Shown here: in pieces, positions 36,904 through 45,823 of the stretch | Layout: each line of letters starts with the position of its first letter | How positions within the stretch are numbered: the stretch's first letter is position 1 | Assembly: GCA_016215655.1 (NCBI GenBank) | Contig: JACRIT010000049.1 | Span: forward strand, 10-64,009 | DNA from: Acidimicrobiia bacterium | GTDB taxonomy: Bacteria > Actinomycetota > Acidimicrobiia > Spongiisociales > UBA11373 | Direction: 5' to 3' | DNA length: 64,000 nucleotides | The notes under the pieces: model-generated | Told to the model about the DNA's origin: nothing | The model's database searches: none | The model's input: only the letters and a program-made list of their open reading frames with translations | Program-made: the position numbers and the translations under genes

Positions 36904-39900
36904 CTAGCCCACCCGAACCACCTCGATGCTCACCGGCTCCCCGGCAGCGTCGCTGGGCTCTCCGGTGGCTCCAGGTTCGATGGCGGTGGCAAGGACCTCA
37001 CCCGCAATCCAGTCGCGGTGGCGAGCCATCGCCGCGGCGACGTGCGACGACGGTGACGACCACCTCACCACGACGCGGTCCGAGAGATCGAGGCCGGCGT
37101 CCCGCCGGGCCGCCTGGACCAGCTTCACGATCTCGCGGGCCGTTCCCTCCAGGGCCAGGTCCGGCGTGATCTCGGTGTCGAGGGCGACCGCCAGCTGATC
37201 GTCGGCCGCGACGACCAGGCCCGTCCGGGGGGTGCGGTTCACCATGAGGTCGGCAGCGGTCACGGTCTCGCCTGCCACCACGATGGAGCCGGTCCGGAGG
37301 GCCTGTGCCACCTCGTCGGAGGCGAGGCCGGCGATGGCGGCGGCAATGGCGGGCATGCCACCCCCAAAACGGGGGCCAAGGGTGCGGTAGTTGGGCTTGG
37401 CACTCAACTCGGCGAGGGCCGTCTCGTCGTCGGATGCCACCACGGCGTGGACGTTGAGCTCGTCACAGAGCAGGGCGGCATGCTCTTCGATGGCGAGACG
37501 GACTTCGGACTCGTGGCTCACCACCATCAGTCGGGAGAGTGGCTGGCGTGTGCGGATCGCCTCGGCGACGCGCAGACCGCGGCCGAGCCCGACCACGCGA
37601 CGCACTGCTGCCATGGCGGTCTCGAGCCGGGGGTCGATGAGCTCGGGTCTTGCCTGCGGGTAGTCCTCATGATGGACGCTCCGCGGGCCGTCGGATCCTC
37701 CCCGCTGGGCGACGACGAGGTCCTGGTACATCGCCTCGGTGACGAATGGCAACACCGGTGCCATGAGCTTGGCGAACGTGACGAGGACCTCGTAGAGCGT
37801 GGCGAAGGCGGCAAGGGCGTCGTCACCGCCTTCGGCGCGGCTCGTCCAGAACCGGCGGCGCGAGCGGCGGATGTACCAGTTCGTCAGGTCGTCCACGAAT
37901 TCGATCAACGGCGGGATGACGTTGTAGAGGTAGTAGCCCTCCATCTCATCGTTGACCCGGCGCACCAGGCTCTGCAGCACCGAGAGGATCCAGCGGTCGA
38001 TCTCGGGACGCGCGGCCGGCGGCGGAGCGCCGACCAGGTCGGCGGCGGTGATCCCCTCGGCCGAGGCGTAGGTGGTGAAGAAGGAGAACGCGTTCCAGTA
38101 GGGGAGCATCACCGTGCGCACCACCTCGGAGACACCCCGCTCGGAGAAGCGGAGCGGCTCCGCCCGGACCACCGGCGAGTTGCTGAGATAGGCGCGCAAG
38201 GCGTCGGCTCCGGTCGAATCGACGAGGCCGATCGGATCCGGGTAGTTCTTCAGGCTCTTCGACATCTTCCGGCCGTCTTCGGCGAGGATGAGGCCGTTCA
38301 CCACGCAGTTGCGAAACGGGATGGCGTCGAAGAGCGCGGTGGCGTGCACCACCAGGGTGTAGAACCACCCCCGGGTCTGGTCGAGCCCTTCGGCGATGTA
38401 GTGCGCCGGAAAGCCGCGCTCGAACCGCTCCTTGTTCTCGAACGGGTAGTGGCTCTGTCCGTAGGGCATGGCCCCGGATTCGAACCAGACGTCGAGCACC
38501 TCGGGGACGCGTCGCATCGTGCCCGGGCACTCCCGGCACGGGAATTCGATGGCGTCGACGACGTGCTTGTGCAGATCGGAGGGGCGCACCCCGGAACGGG
38601 ACTCGAGGTCGTCGAGGCTCCCCAGGCACTCGCGGTGGCCGCCCTGATCGCACTCCCACACGGGGATGCACGAGCCCCAGAACCGGTTGCGGCTGATCGC
38701 CCAGTCGCGGGCTCCCTCGAGCCAGTTGCCGAAGCGACGGCTGCCGACATGGTCCGGAACCCAGTGGATCTGCCGGTTGAGCTCTGCCATGCGATCGCGG
38801 ATCTGCTCGACGGCCACGAACCAGGTCGGGATCGCCTTGTAGATGATCGGGGTGTCGGTGCGCCAGCAGAACGGGTAGGAGTGGACCACGCGTTCGCTTC
38901 TCGCCAGGGCGCCGCGCTCGGAGAGCATCCGCACGATGACGGGGTCGGCATCCTTCACGAGCATCCCGCTCACCTCGGGAACCGCTGAGGTGAACCTGCC
39001 GACCTCGTCGACGGGATCGACGATGACGCCGCCGAGTCCGGCGGCCTGGAACGCCTCGAAGTCGTCTTCACCGTGCGCCGGGGAGGTGTGCACGAGTCCG
39101 GTGCCCTCCGTCGTGGAGACGTTCGGCCCGGAGACGACGGTGAAGGCGCCGCGTGCGGCGAGATCGGCGAAGTACGGGAGCACCGGCGCATATCGGGTGC
39201 CGATGAGCGCGCTGCCCGTGGCCTCACCCGACACCTCGGCGCCCTCCGGCCAGTAGGCGGCCACCCGGTCGGCGGCGATCCAGAAGGGGCCGGCCGTCCC
39301 GCCCAGGGGAGTGGTGACCCGGACGTAGCGAATGGCCGCACCCACCTGCACCCCGAGGTTCGAGGGGACCGTCCACGGGGTGGTCGTCCAGACGAGCAGG
39401 ACGTCGCCGGCGACGGCGGGACCGGTGCCGTTGGTCACCACGAGTCGAAGTGTGAGCGAAGGGTCCTCGACGTCGCGGTAGCCGCCGAGATTGACCTCGA
39501 AGTTCGAGAGCGGCGTCGCCGCCCCATACGAGTACGGCAGCACCTTGAAGGCCTGATACACGAGACCCTTGTCCCACAGCTGCTTGAAGACCCACCACAC
39601 CGACTCCATGAAGTCGAGGTCCATCGTCTTGTAGTCGTCCTCGAAGTCGACCCACCGGCCGATGCGCCGGGTGATCGTCTGCCACGACTCGGTGTTGGCC
39701 ATGACCCGTGTGCGGCAGGCCTCGTTGAAGCGGGCCACGCCATACACCACGATCTCGGGGGGACCGGCCAGGCCGAGCTCCTTCTGCACTTCGAGTTCGA
39801 TGGGGAGTCCGTGGGTGTCCCAGCCGAAGCGGCGCACCACGCGGTGGCCGCGCATCGTCCAGTAGCGCGGCACGATGTCTTTGAGGACGCCTGCCAGGAG

Positions 39901-40095
39901 GTTGCCGTAGTGCGGGCTTCCGGTGGGGAAGGGTGGGCCGTCGTAGAAGGTGAACTCGCTGTCCGCGGGGCGGCGGTTCACCGATTCGGCGAAGGCGTCG
40001 AGCCCGTCCCAGAGCTCGAGGATGGCGCGTTCCTGCTCGGGGAACGAGACTTCGGGGGGCACCCGCCGGAACGGTGTCCGCTTGCTCATTTTCAT
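36904..40095 (-). CDS. ileS: Isoleucyl-tRNA synthetase
   Basis: PPFPTGSPHYGN (HIGH region), KMSKS, zinc-binding C-terminus; start ATG at 40095 behind a GAGGGA SD; the longer upstream ORF extension is Arg/Pro-rich. Confidence 0.95.
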   Translation of the reverse strand: MKMSKRTPFRRVPPEVSFPEQERAILELWDGLDAFAESVNRRPADSEFTFYDGPPFPTGSPHYGNLLAGVLKDIVPRYWTMRGHRVVRRFGWDTHGLPIELEVQKELGLAGPPEIVVYGVARFNEACRTRVMANTESWQTITRRIGRWVDFEDDYKTMDLDFMESVWWVFKQLWDKGLVYQAFKVLPYSYGAATPLSNFEVNLGGYRDVEDPSLTLRLVVTNGTGPAVAGDVLLVWTTTPWTVPSNLGVQVGAAIRYVRVTTPLGGTAGPFWIAADRVAAYWPEGAEVSGEATGSALIGTRYAPVLPYFADLAARGAFTVVSGPNVSTTEGTGLVHTSPAHGEDDFEAFQAAGLGGVIVDPVDEVGRFTSAVPEVSGMLVKDADPVIVRMLSERGALARSERVVHSYPFCWRTDTPIIYKAIPTWFVAVEQIRDRMAELNRQIHWVPDHVGSRRFGNWLEGARDWAISRNRFWGSCIPVWECDQGGHRECLGSLDDLESRSGVRPSDLHKHVVDAIEFPCRECPGTMRRVPEVLDVWFESGAMPYGQSHYPFENKERFERGFPAHYIAEGLDQTRGWFYTLVVHATALFDAIPFRNCVVNGLILAEDGRKMSKSLKNYPDPIGLVDSTGADALRAYLSNSPVVRAEPLRFSERGVSEVVRTVMLPYWNAFSFFTTYASAEGITAADLVGAPPPAARPEIDRWILSVLQSLVRRVNDEMEGYYLYNVIPPLIEFVDDLTNWYIRRSRRRFWTSRAEGGDDALAAFATLYEVLVTFAKLMAPVLPFVTEAMYQDLVVAQRGGSDGPRSVHHEDYPQARPELIDPRLETAMAAVRRVVGLGRGLRVAEAIRTRQPLSRLMVVSHESEVRLAIEEHAALLCDELNVHAVVASDDETALAELSAKPNYRTLGPRFGGGMPAIAAAIAGLASDEVAQALRTGSIVVAGETVTAADLMVNRTPRTGLVVAADDQLAVALDTEITPDLALEGTAREIVKLVQAARRDAGLDLSDRVVVRWSSPSSHVAAAMARHRDWIAGEVLATAIEPGATGEPSDAAGEPVSIEVVRVG

Positions 40096-40330
40096 CGTCC
40101 CTCGGTCGGCGTCGCTGCCGCCGGGACGAGCCCAGGGCCCGCGGTACCACCCGGCTTGCCGCCACGGGGCGGCCACTCCAGCGTCCCGTGTCGTGGGAAC
40201 GATGCGGCGGGGTCTACTCCGGGTCCCGGTTCTTCCCGCGGCTCGGGGGTGATGTCCGCCCCGAGAGCGGGTCCCCGTCATCGCCGTGAGCGGGAAGGTA
40301 GCAGACGGAAGATCGCATCCAGCGGTGTCC
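40096..40330 (-). promoter_or_regulatory. T-box riboswitch leader (Ile-tRNA sensing), translational SD-sequestering type
   Basis: Minus-strand RNA contains AAGCCGGGUGGUACCGCGGG, matching the T-box consensus AANNNGGGUGGNACCGCGG, immediately 5' of ileS; downstream CGUCCC can pair with the SD GGGACG just before the AUG; AUC-containing candidate specifier loops lie upstream. Confidence 0.75.
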
Positions 40331-40393
40331 GTAACCTGATGACATGTCCGGTACCCGGTACCCGAAGCCCGATGCGCGACGGGTGGCGACCTC

Positions 40394-40690
40394 GTGACCG
40401 GGGATGTCATCTCCGTCTGTCCCGACGGCGTGATCGTCGAGGTGTGGGTCGTGCCGGGAGCGTCTCGTGACTCCCTGGGTGGGATCCACGACGGGGCACT
40501 GCGGGTCCGGACCGCGGCCCCCGCCGAGGGGGGCAAGGCCAATCGGGCAGTAGCCCGGCTCGTAGCCGAGCGGATCGGGGTGCGCCGTGCCGAAGTCGTT
40601 GCGGGTGCCCATTCGCGGCGCAAACGGGTGCTGCTCGCCGGAGCGGATCTCGCCACGGTGCGCCGCGCCCTCGGGGTCGGGGAGGACTGA
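40394..40690 (+). CDS. DUF167 (YggU-like) protein
   Basis: EVWVVPGASRDSLGGIHDGALRVRTAAPAEGGKANRAVARLVAERIGV matches the YggU/DUF167 fold signature; GTG start. Confidence 0.65.
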   Translation: MTGDVISVCPDGVIVEVWVVPGASRDSLGGIHDGALRVRTAAPAEGGKANRAVARLVAERIGVRRAEVVAGAHSRRKRVLLAGADLATVRRALGVGED

Positions 40691-40759
40691 CGGTGGTGCC
40701 GTCCCACCTGGGGTTTGGCACCTGATGCGTGCTAGTGTCGCTCGCCGCCAGGAGGCCCT

Positions 40760-41134
40760 ATGGCACGCACGCTCGCCAAGTCCACCCGGGACCGATTCCG
40801 GCGCCGTCTCGAAGACGAACGGCTTCGTCTGATCGAGATGATCCGCGACATCGAGGAGGAGCGTGAGGAGGTCCGGCTCACCGAGACCTCATCGGATCGC
40901 AGCCCGGATCCCAATACCGCCGAAGGTGGTTCGCTCGCCTTCGAGATGGAGAAGGAGCTCTCCATCCTGGAGAACACCCGGGACATCCTCGCCAAGGTCG
41001 AGGAGGCTCTCGTGCGCATCGAGGATGGCACCTATGGGGTGTGCGATGTGTGCGGGGAGGCGATCCCGGTCGCCCGACTCGAGGCGCTCCCGTACACGAA
41101 GATGTGCGTGACGTGCGCGTCGGCGCGCCGGTGA
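40760..41134 (+). CDS. DksA/TraR-family C4-type zinc-finger protein
   Basis: C-terminal [26 protein letters not shown] four-Cys zinc finger; N-terminal coiled coil. Confidence 0.75.
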   Translation: MARTLAKSTRDRFRRRLEDERLRLIEMIRDIEEEREEVRLTETSSDRSPDPNTAEGGSLAFEMEKELSILENTRDILAKVEEALVRIEDGTYGVCDVCGEAIPVARLEALPYTKMCVTCASARR

Positions 41135-41583
41135 CCCCACTCCGCTGGGCATTGTCGGTCGCCGCCGGGGTCCTCGCCATCGACCAACTCACGAAGTGGT
41201 GGGCAGCCGAGACCCTCCCCGGGGATCCGATCGTCCTCATCGACGGGGTCCTCGAACTCCGCTACGTCACCAACGCAGGGGCGTCCTTCAGCATGCTGCA
41301 GAACGCCGGAACCCTGATCGCGGTCGTGGTCATCGCAGTCGTGGTGTTCATCGTCATGCTGGTGAGAAAGATCGCCACGGTCCCCGAAGCCGTCGGCCTC
41401 GGCCTGGTGCTCGGTGGCGCCGTGGGCAACCTGGTGGACCGCATCGTGCGGGGCCCCGGCCTGTTCGATGGCGCGGTGGTCGACTTCGTCGACTTCTCGT
41501 TCTTCCCTGCGTTCAACGCCGCCGATTCGGCGATCACCATCGGCGCCGTGTTGATCCTGCTCCTGTCGCTGTTCCGCAAGTGA
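41131..41583 (+). CDS. lspA: Lipoprotein signal peptidase II
   Basis: GTGA overlap; LspA motifs ([30 protein letters not shown]). Confidence 0.85.
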   Translation: MTPLRWALSVAAGVLAIDQLTKWWAAETLPGDPIVLIDGVLELRYVTNAGASFSMLQNAGTLIAVVVIAVVVFIVMLVRKIATVPEAVGLGLVLGGAVGNLVDRIVRGPGLFDGAVVDFVDFSFFPAFNAADSAITIGAVLILLLSLFRK

Positions 41584-42464
41584 AGGTCGAGGTTCCCCCC
41601 GAGTACGACGGCGAACGCACGGATCTGGTACTCGCCCGCGTCGGGGGCATGAGCCGGGACGCGGCACGATCGTTGATCGTGGCGGGCGGGGTCGTGTGCA
41701 ACGGGAGCGCCGTCACGACGCCGCGGGCTGCCGTCGCCGCCGGGGCGGTGCTGGAATTCGAACCTCCATCGGGGGCGGTGCCGCTCGAACCCGAGGACGT
41801 GGCCTTCGACGTGGTGTACGAAGACGCCCACGTGGCCGTGGTGTCGAAGCCGGCCGGTGTGGTCACCCATCCCGGGGCAGGGGAGACCGGGGCGACACTC
41901 GCCGCCGGAATCCTCCACCGGTGGCCCTCGGTGCGGGGGGTGGGGAGCGAGCAGCGCTGGGGCATCGTGCACCGCCTCGACCGCGACACCTCCGGCCTCC
42001 TGGCGGTGGCGCTCACCCCCGAAGCCGAGCGAGGGTTGCGCGCCGCCATCAAGGCCCGGCGCGTGTCACGCGAGTACCTGGCGCTGGTGCACGGCACCCC
42101 GGCGACCCCTACCGGGACGATCGATGCCCCGATTGCACGCGACCCGACCCGTCCCACCCGCATGCGGATCGACCCATCCGGGCGGGGAGCGGTGACCCAC
42201 TTCCGGGTGGAGGAGACCCTCGGGGCGATGACGCTGCTGCGCGTCACGCTCGAGACCGGGCGCACCCACCAGATCCGGGTGCATCTCGCCGCCATCGGTC
42301 TCCCCATCGCCGGCGACCGCGTCTACGGGAAGGCAGTGGGGAGCCCCCGGGTCTTCCTGCATGCCGCACGCCTCGTGTTCGAACATCCGGTCACGGGGGC
42401 GCCGATCGAGGCGACCAGTGCGCTGCCCCCGGACCTGGCCGCGGCGCTCGCTGCGGCGCGCTGA
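41580..42464 (+). CDS. rluD: 23S rRNA pseudouridine synthase, RluA family (RluD-like)
   Basis: N-terminal S4-like domain; [11 protein letters not shown] catalytic Asp motif; GTGA overlap with lspA. Confidence 0.85.
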   Translation: MKVEVPPEYDGERTDLVLARVGGMSRDAARSLIVAGGVVCNGSAVTTPRAAVAAGAVLEFEPPSGAVPLEPEDVAFDVVYEDAHVAVVSKPAGVVTHPGAGETGATLAAGILHRWPSVRGVGSEQRWGIVHRLDRDTSGLLAVALTPEAERGLRAAIKARRVSREYLALVHGTPATPTGTIDAPIARDPTRPTRMRIDPSGRGAVTHFRVEETLGAMTLLRVTLETGRTHQIRVHLAAIGLPIAGDRVYGKAVGSPRVFLHAARLVFEHPVTGAPIEATSALPPDLAAALAAAR

Positions 42465-42538
42465 TGTTCCGGCCATAGAATCGTCGCCGGTGAGCGGCGG
42501 ACGCCGCTCCGACGATCTCGACCTGGAGGCTCACGACG

Positions 42539-43687
42539 ATGCGGATCGGAATCCTGACCGGTGGTGGTGACGTACCGGGGCTGAATCCCTGCATCAAGGC
42601 CGTGGTGAACCGTGCCGCCGCTGCCGGGCACGAGGTGATCGGGTTGCGGCGGGGCTGGGCTGCGCTCGTGGACACGAATCCCGACGATCCCGAGACCGTC
42701 GCCGCCAACACCGTGCCGCTGACGCCCCGGCTGGTCCGGACCGTGGATCGCACCGGCGGGACCTTCCTCCACACGTCTCGCACCAATCCGGGCAGGGTTC
42801 GCCCCGGAGACATTCCTGCCTTCTTGAAAGACCGTTCCGATGGCACCGCCCCCGTCGACCTCACCGCCCATGCCCTGCGGGTGCTCGAGCACCTGGGGAT
42901 CGAGGTCCTCATCCCCATCGGCGGTGACGACACCCTCTCGTACGGCTTGCGTCTTCATGACGAGGGCGTTCCCGTGGTGGCGATCCCCAAGACGATGGAC
43001 AACGACGTGCATGGCACCGACTACTGCATCGGGTTCTCCACGGCGGTCACCCGTGGGGTCGAGTTCGTCCACAACCTTCGTACCAGCACCGGCTCGCACG
43101 AGCGATTCGGTGTGATCGAGCTGTTCGGCAGGTACAGCGGTGAGACCTCGCTCATCACCGGCTACCTCGCCGGGGTGGATCGCGTCGTCATCTCCGAAGT
43201 GCCGGTGAACGTCGACAAGCTCGCCGACCTCCTCATGGGTGACCGTCGCGCCAACCCGAGCCAGTACGCCCTGGTGACGATCTCGGAGGGTGCCGTGCTC
43301 GAGGGCGGCGAGATGGCGCTGAGCGGCAGCGATGATGCGTACGGGCACCGCAAACTCGGCGGCATCGGCGCCCAGCTCGGGCAGGAGCTGCAGCGCATCA
43401 CCGGGACCGGGATCATCCTTCAGGTGCTCGCCTATCTCGTGCGCTCGGGCACGCCGGACTCCCTCGATCTCATGGTGGCCACGAACTACGCCTCGATGGC
43501 CGTGGACCTGGCCATGGAGGGCGCCCAGGGCCGCCTCGTGGCGCTGCGCGGCGGCACTTACACGAACGTTCCCCTCACCGTGACGCGCGAGGGTGTGAAA
43601 CGGGTGGACGTCGAGGAGCTCTACGACTCGGAGCAGTACCGTCCTCGGATCCGGCACGTCGGCGGCAAGCCGATGTTCCTCTACTGA
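42539..43687 (+). CDS. 6-phosphofructokinase with PPi-type active-site signature
   Basis: [14 protein letters not shown]; GGDDT (Asp at the position that is Gly in ATP-PFKs) and PKTMDNDV (Lys at the second discriminating position); 382 aa. Confidence 0.8.
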   Translation: MRIGILTGGGDVPGLNPCIKAVVNRAAAAGHEVIGLRRGWAALVDTNPDDPETVAANTVPLTPRLVRTVDRTGGTFLHTSRTNPGRVRPGDIPAFLKDRSDGTAPVDLTAHALRVLEHLGIEVLIPIGGDDTLSYGLRLHDEGVPVVAIPKTMDNDVHGTDYCIGFSTAVTRGVEFVHNLRTSTGSHERFGVIELFGRYSGETSLITGYLAGVDRVVISEVPVNVDKLADLLMGDRRANPSQYALVTISEGAVLEGGEMALSGSDDAYGHRKLGGIGAQLGQELQRITGTGIILQVLAYLVRSGTPDSLDLMVATNYASMAVDLAMEGAQGRLVALRGGTYTNVPLTVTREGVKRVDVEELYDSEQYRPRIRHVGGKPMFLY

Positions 43688-43754
43688 TGGAATCGCCCCT
43701 TGTCCTCCGGCGCCGGTTCTGCTCGGCGGTCGGCGGAGTCCCGCCGGGAGGCTC

Positions 43755-44777
43755 GTGGTGAGTGTCATCGGCATCCTCACCGCCGGCGGCGACTGTCCCG
43801 GCCTCAACGCGGTGATTCGGAGCGTCGTCACCCGGGTCGGTGCCGCCGGATCCCATGAGGTAGTGGGGATCAAGAACGGGTGGCAGGGTCTCATGGAGGA
43901 CGACACCCGGCCACTGGGGCAGGAGGACGTTCGCGGCATCGCCGGCACCGGGGGGACGATCCTGGGCACCTCGCGCATGGATCCCTATGTGCACGGCGAT
44001 GGATTCGCCAGCATCCGCAAGACGCTGGCGCACAACGGCATCGATAGCGTCATCGTGGTCGGGGGCGACGGCACCCTGCGTACCGCGCTCCACCTCGCCG
44101 ACGAGGGTCTCAAGGTGATCGGGGTCCCCAAGACGATCGACAACGACATCGCCGCCACCGATGTCTCGTTCGGATTCGACACCGCGGTGCAGATCGCCAC
44201 CGATGCCATCGACCGGCTCAAGACCACCGCGGAATCGCACAATCGCGTGATGCTGTGTGAGGTGATGGGCCGCACCAAGGGCTGGATCGCGGTTCACGCC
44301 GGTCTCGCCGCCGGTGCCGATGCCATCCTCATCCCCGAGCACCAGATGCCGCTCGAGGAGGTGGCTCAGGTCATCCGGAGCCGGCACCGGCGCGGCCGCC
44401 GCTACTCGGTGGTTGTGGTGGCCGAGGGGGTGCGCCCGCCCCGGGCGACGCCGCCGCCCACCGACGCCTTCGGGTTCGATCGGCTCGGCGGTGTCGCCTA
44501 TCAGATCGCTCCGGAGCTGGAGGCCCTCACCGGGTTCGAGACCCGGGTGACGGTGCTCGGCCACATCCAGCGAGGAGGGACGCCGACGGCAACCGACCGG
44601 GTGCTCGCAACCCGCCTCGGTGCCGCTGCCGCCGATCTGGCCCTTGGCGGCGGGGAGCGTCTCATGGTCGCGGTCCACTCGACACGCATCGAGGCGGTGC
44701 CTCTCGAGGCCGGGGTCGCCGAAACGCGCGGCGTCGATGCCCAGCTCTTCGAGGTTGCCCGCACCTTCTTCGGGTGA
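43755..44777 (+). CDS. pfkA: 6-phosphofructokinase (ATP-type GGDG motif)
   Basis: IGILTAGGDCPGLN, VGGDGT, PKTIDNDI, MGR motif; 340 aa. Confidence 0.85.
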   Translation: MVSVIGILTAGGDCPGLNAVIRSVVTRVGAAGSHEVVGIKNGWQGLMEDDTRPLGQEDVRGIAGTGGTILGTSRMDPYVHGDGFASIRKTLAHNGIDSVIVVGGDGTLRTALHLADEGLKVIGVPKTIDNDIAATDVSFGFDTAVQIATDAIDRLKTTAESHNRVMLCEVMGRTKGWIAVHAGLAAGADAILIPEHQMPLEEVAQVIRSRHRRGRRYSVVVVAEGVRPPRATPPPTDAFGFDRLGGVAYQIAPELEALTGFETRVTVLGHIQRGGTPTATDRVLATRLGAAAADLALGGGERLMVAVHSTRIEAVPLEAGVAETRGVDAQLFEVARTFFG

Positions 44778-44784
44778 TCGACGC

Positions 44785-45687
44785 TCAGACGGCGGCCAGG
44801 TATACGTCGATGAAGCGGCGGTAGTTCCTGGCGATGAGCGCCACGGCCGCCTCCCAGGTCATGGTGCCCTGGTGCCAGCCGACCACGGCATCCCACCAGA
44901 TCGATCGGCCGATGGCGAAGCCGGCATACCCCTGGACCGGGGCCCCCGCCCGCAGCCAGGCATCGACCTTGGCATCGTCGGCACCGCGTCCGAGCACGAC
45001 ACAGCTCACGCCACCGCGCCCACCCGCCCGGGCGAGCCGCGCGATGAGATCGCAGTCACCGGTGGCGTCGACGCCTTCGATCTTCCAGACGTCCGGTTCG
45101 ACGCCCGCGTCGCGAATCTCGCCGATCACCTCGAGCATCAGCATCGGGCGGAGTCGGCTGTCGTAGGCTCCGGCGTCGCCGTCCACGAGAGCCAGCTGTC
45201 GCGCCGAGGCGGGCACGAGGAGTTCGAAGAGGAGTTTTCTCCCGGAGTCGTGCAGCCAATCGCTGAGACGGTTCAGGCGAGCACCCTGCAGGGCCTTCAC
45301 CTCGGGGTCGTCGTCGGGGTTCCAGCGGACGAGCACCTTGGCGAAGGTTGGGTCGAAGTCGGCGATGTGGGCGGCGAAGTCGTCGCCGTACTCGAAGTCG
45401 AACACGTCCTGACCCGACTTCTCCACCGGCATGGCGAAGGGGACACCGAGTGTCGCTGCTTCGCGGGCCACGGCTGCCCCCATCTCCTCGTCGACGAGAA
45501 AGCCGGCTCCGGCGGGGAGTCCGGCGGCGTGGGCGGACTTGAAGCCCTCCCATACGAGGCGCTTGGCATCACGCAGGCGCGCGGTGTCCGCAGGCGTCTC
45601 CTTCACGATGCCGAACACCTTCTTCTTGAAGGAGCCGCGATGGTCCGAGGCGAGGATGAATAGGCGTCCGGCGTATCCGAGATCCAT
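44785..45687 (-). CDS. DUF2090 / class-I aldolase-like protein (LacD tagatose-bisphosphate aldolase-like)
   Basis: LFILASDHRGSF resembles the LacD ALAFDQRG Schiff-base-aldolase N-terminal motif; 300 aa TIM-barrel-like composition; convergent with pfkA, 7-bp gap. Confidence 0.55.
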   Translation of the reverse strand: MDLGYAGRLFILASDHRGSFKKKVFGIVKETPADTARLRDAKRLVWEGFKSAHAAGLPAGAGFLVDEEMGAAVAREAATLGVPFAMPVEKSGQDVFDFEYGDDFAAHIADFDPTFAKVLVRWNPDDDPEVKALQGARLNRLSDWLHDSGRKLLFELLVPASARQLALVDGDAGAYDSRLRPMLMLEVIGEIRDAGVEPDVWKIEGVDATGDCDLIARLARAGGRGGVSCVVLGRGADDAKVDAWLRAGAPVQGYAGFAIGRSIWWDAVVGWHQGTMTWEAAVALIARNYRRFIDVYLAAV

Positions 45688-45823
45688 GTGTCGACTCCCT
45701 TGGTCGGCGGAAGTCTACGGCCGGGCCAGGAGCCCGAAGAGGCCCAAAGGGTCCCGACTGCTGGGCCGAAAGGCGCCTGGTATCGTCGGCGATCACACCC
45801 CTGTAATTCGCCGTGAGGAGCCC

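Noticed and set aside
37447-40470. 513-aa and 465-aa plus-strand ORFs antisense to ileS
   Set aside because: They lie antisense to a gene carrying unmistakable class-I aaRS motifs (HYGN, KMSKS); Gly/Arg/Asp-rich low-complexity products
36904-40707. 1267-aa extended ileS ORF
   Set aside because: The N-terminal 204 aa are Arg/Thr/Pro-rich and would be translated straight through the T-box leader; a canonical ileS N-terminus (MKMSKRTPF...) with a GAGGGA SD begins at 40095
45431-45823. In-frame N-terminal extension of dnaE (MAKGTPSVAASR...)
   Set aside because: It would overlap the convergent DUF2090 gene by more than 250 bp; its composition is Ala/Ser/Arg-rich; conserved DnaE N-termini begin at the PHP-domain HLHxHTEYS, matching the GTG at 45824
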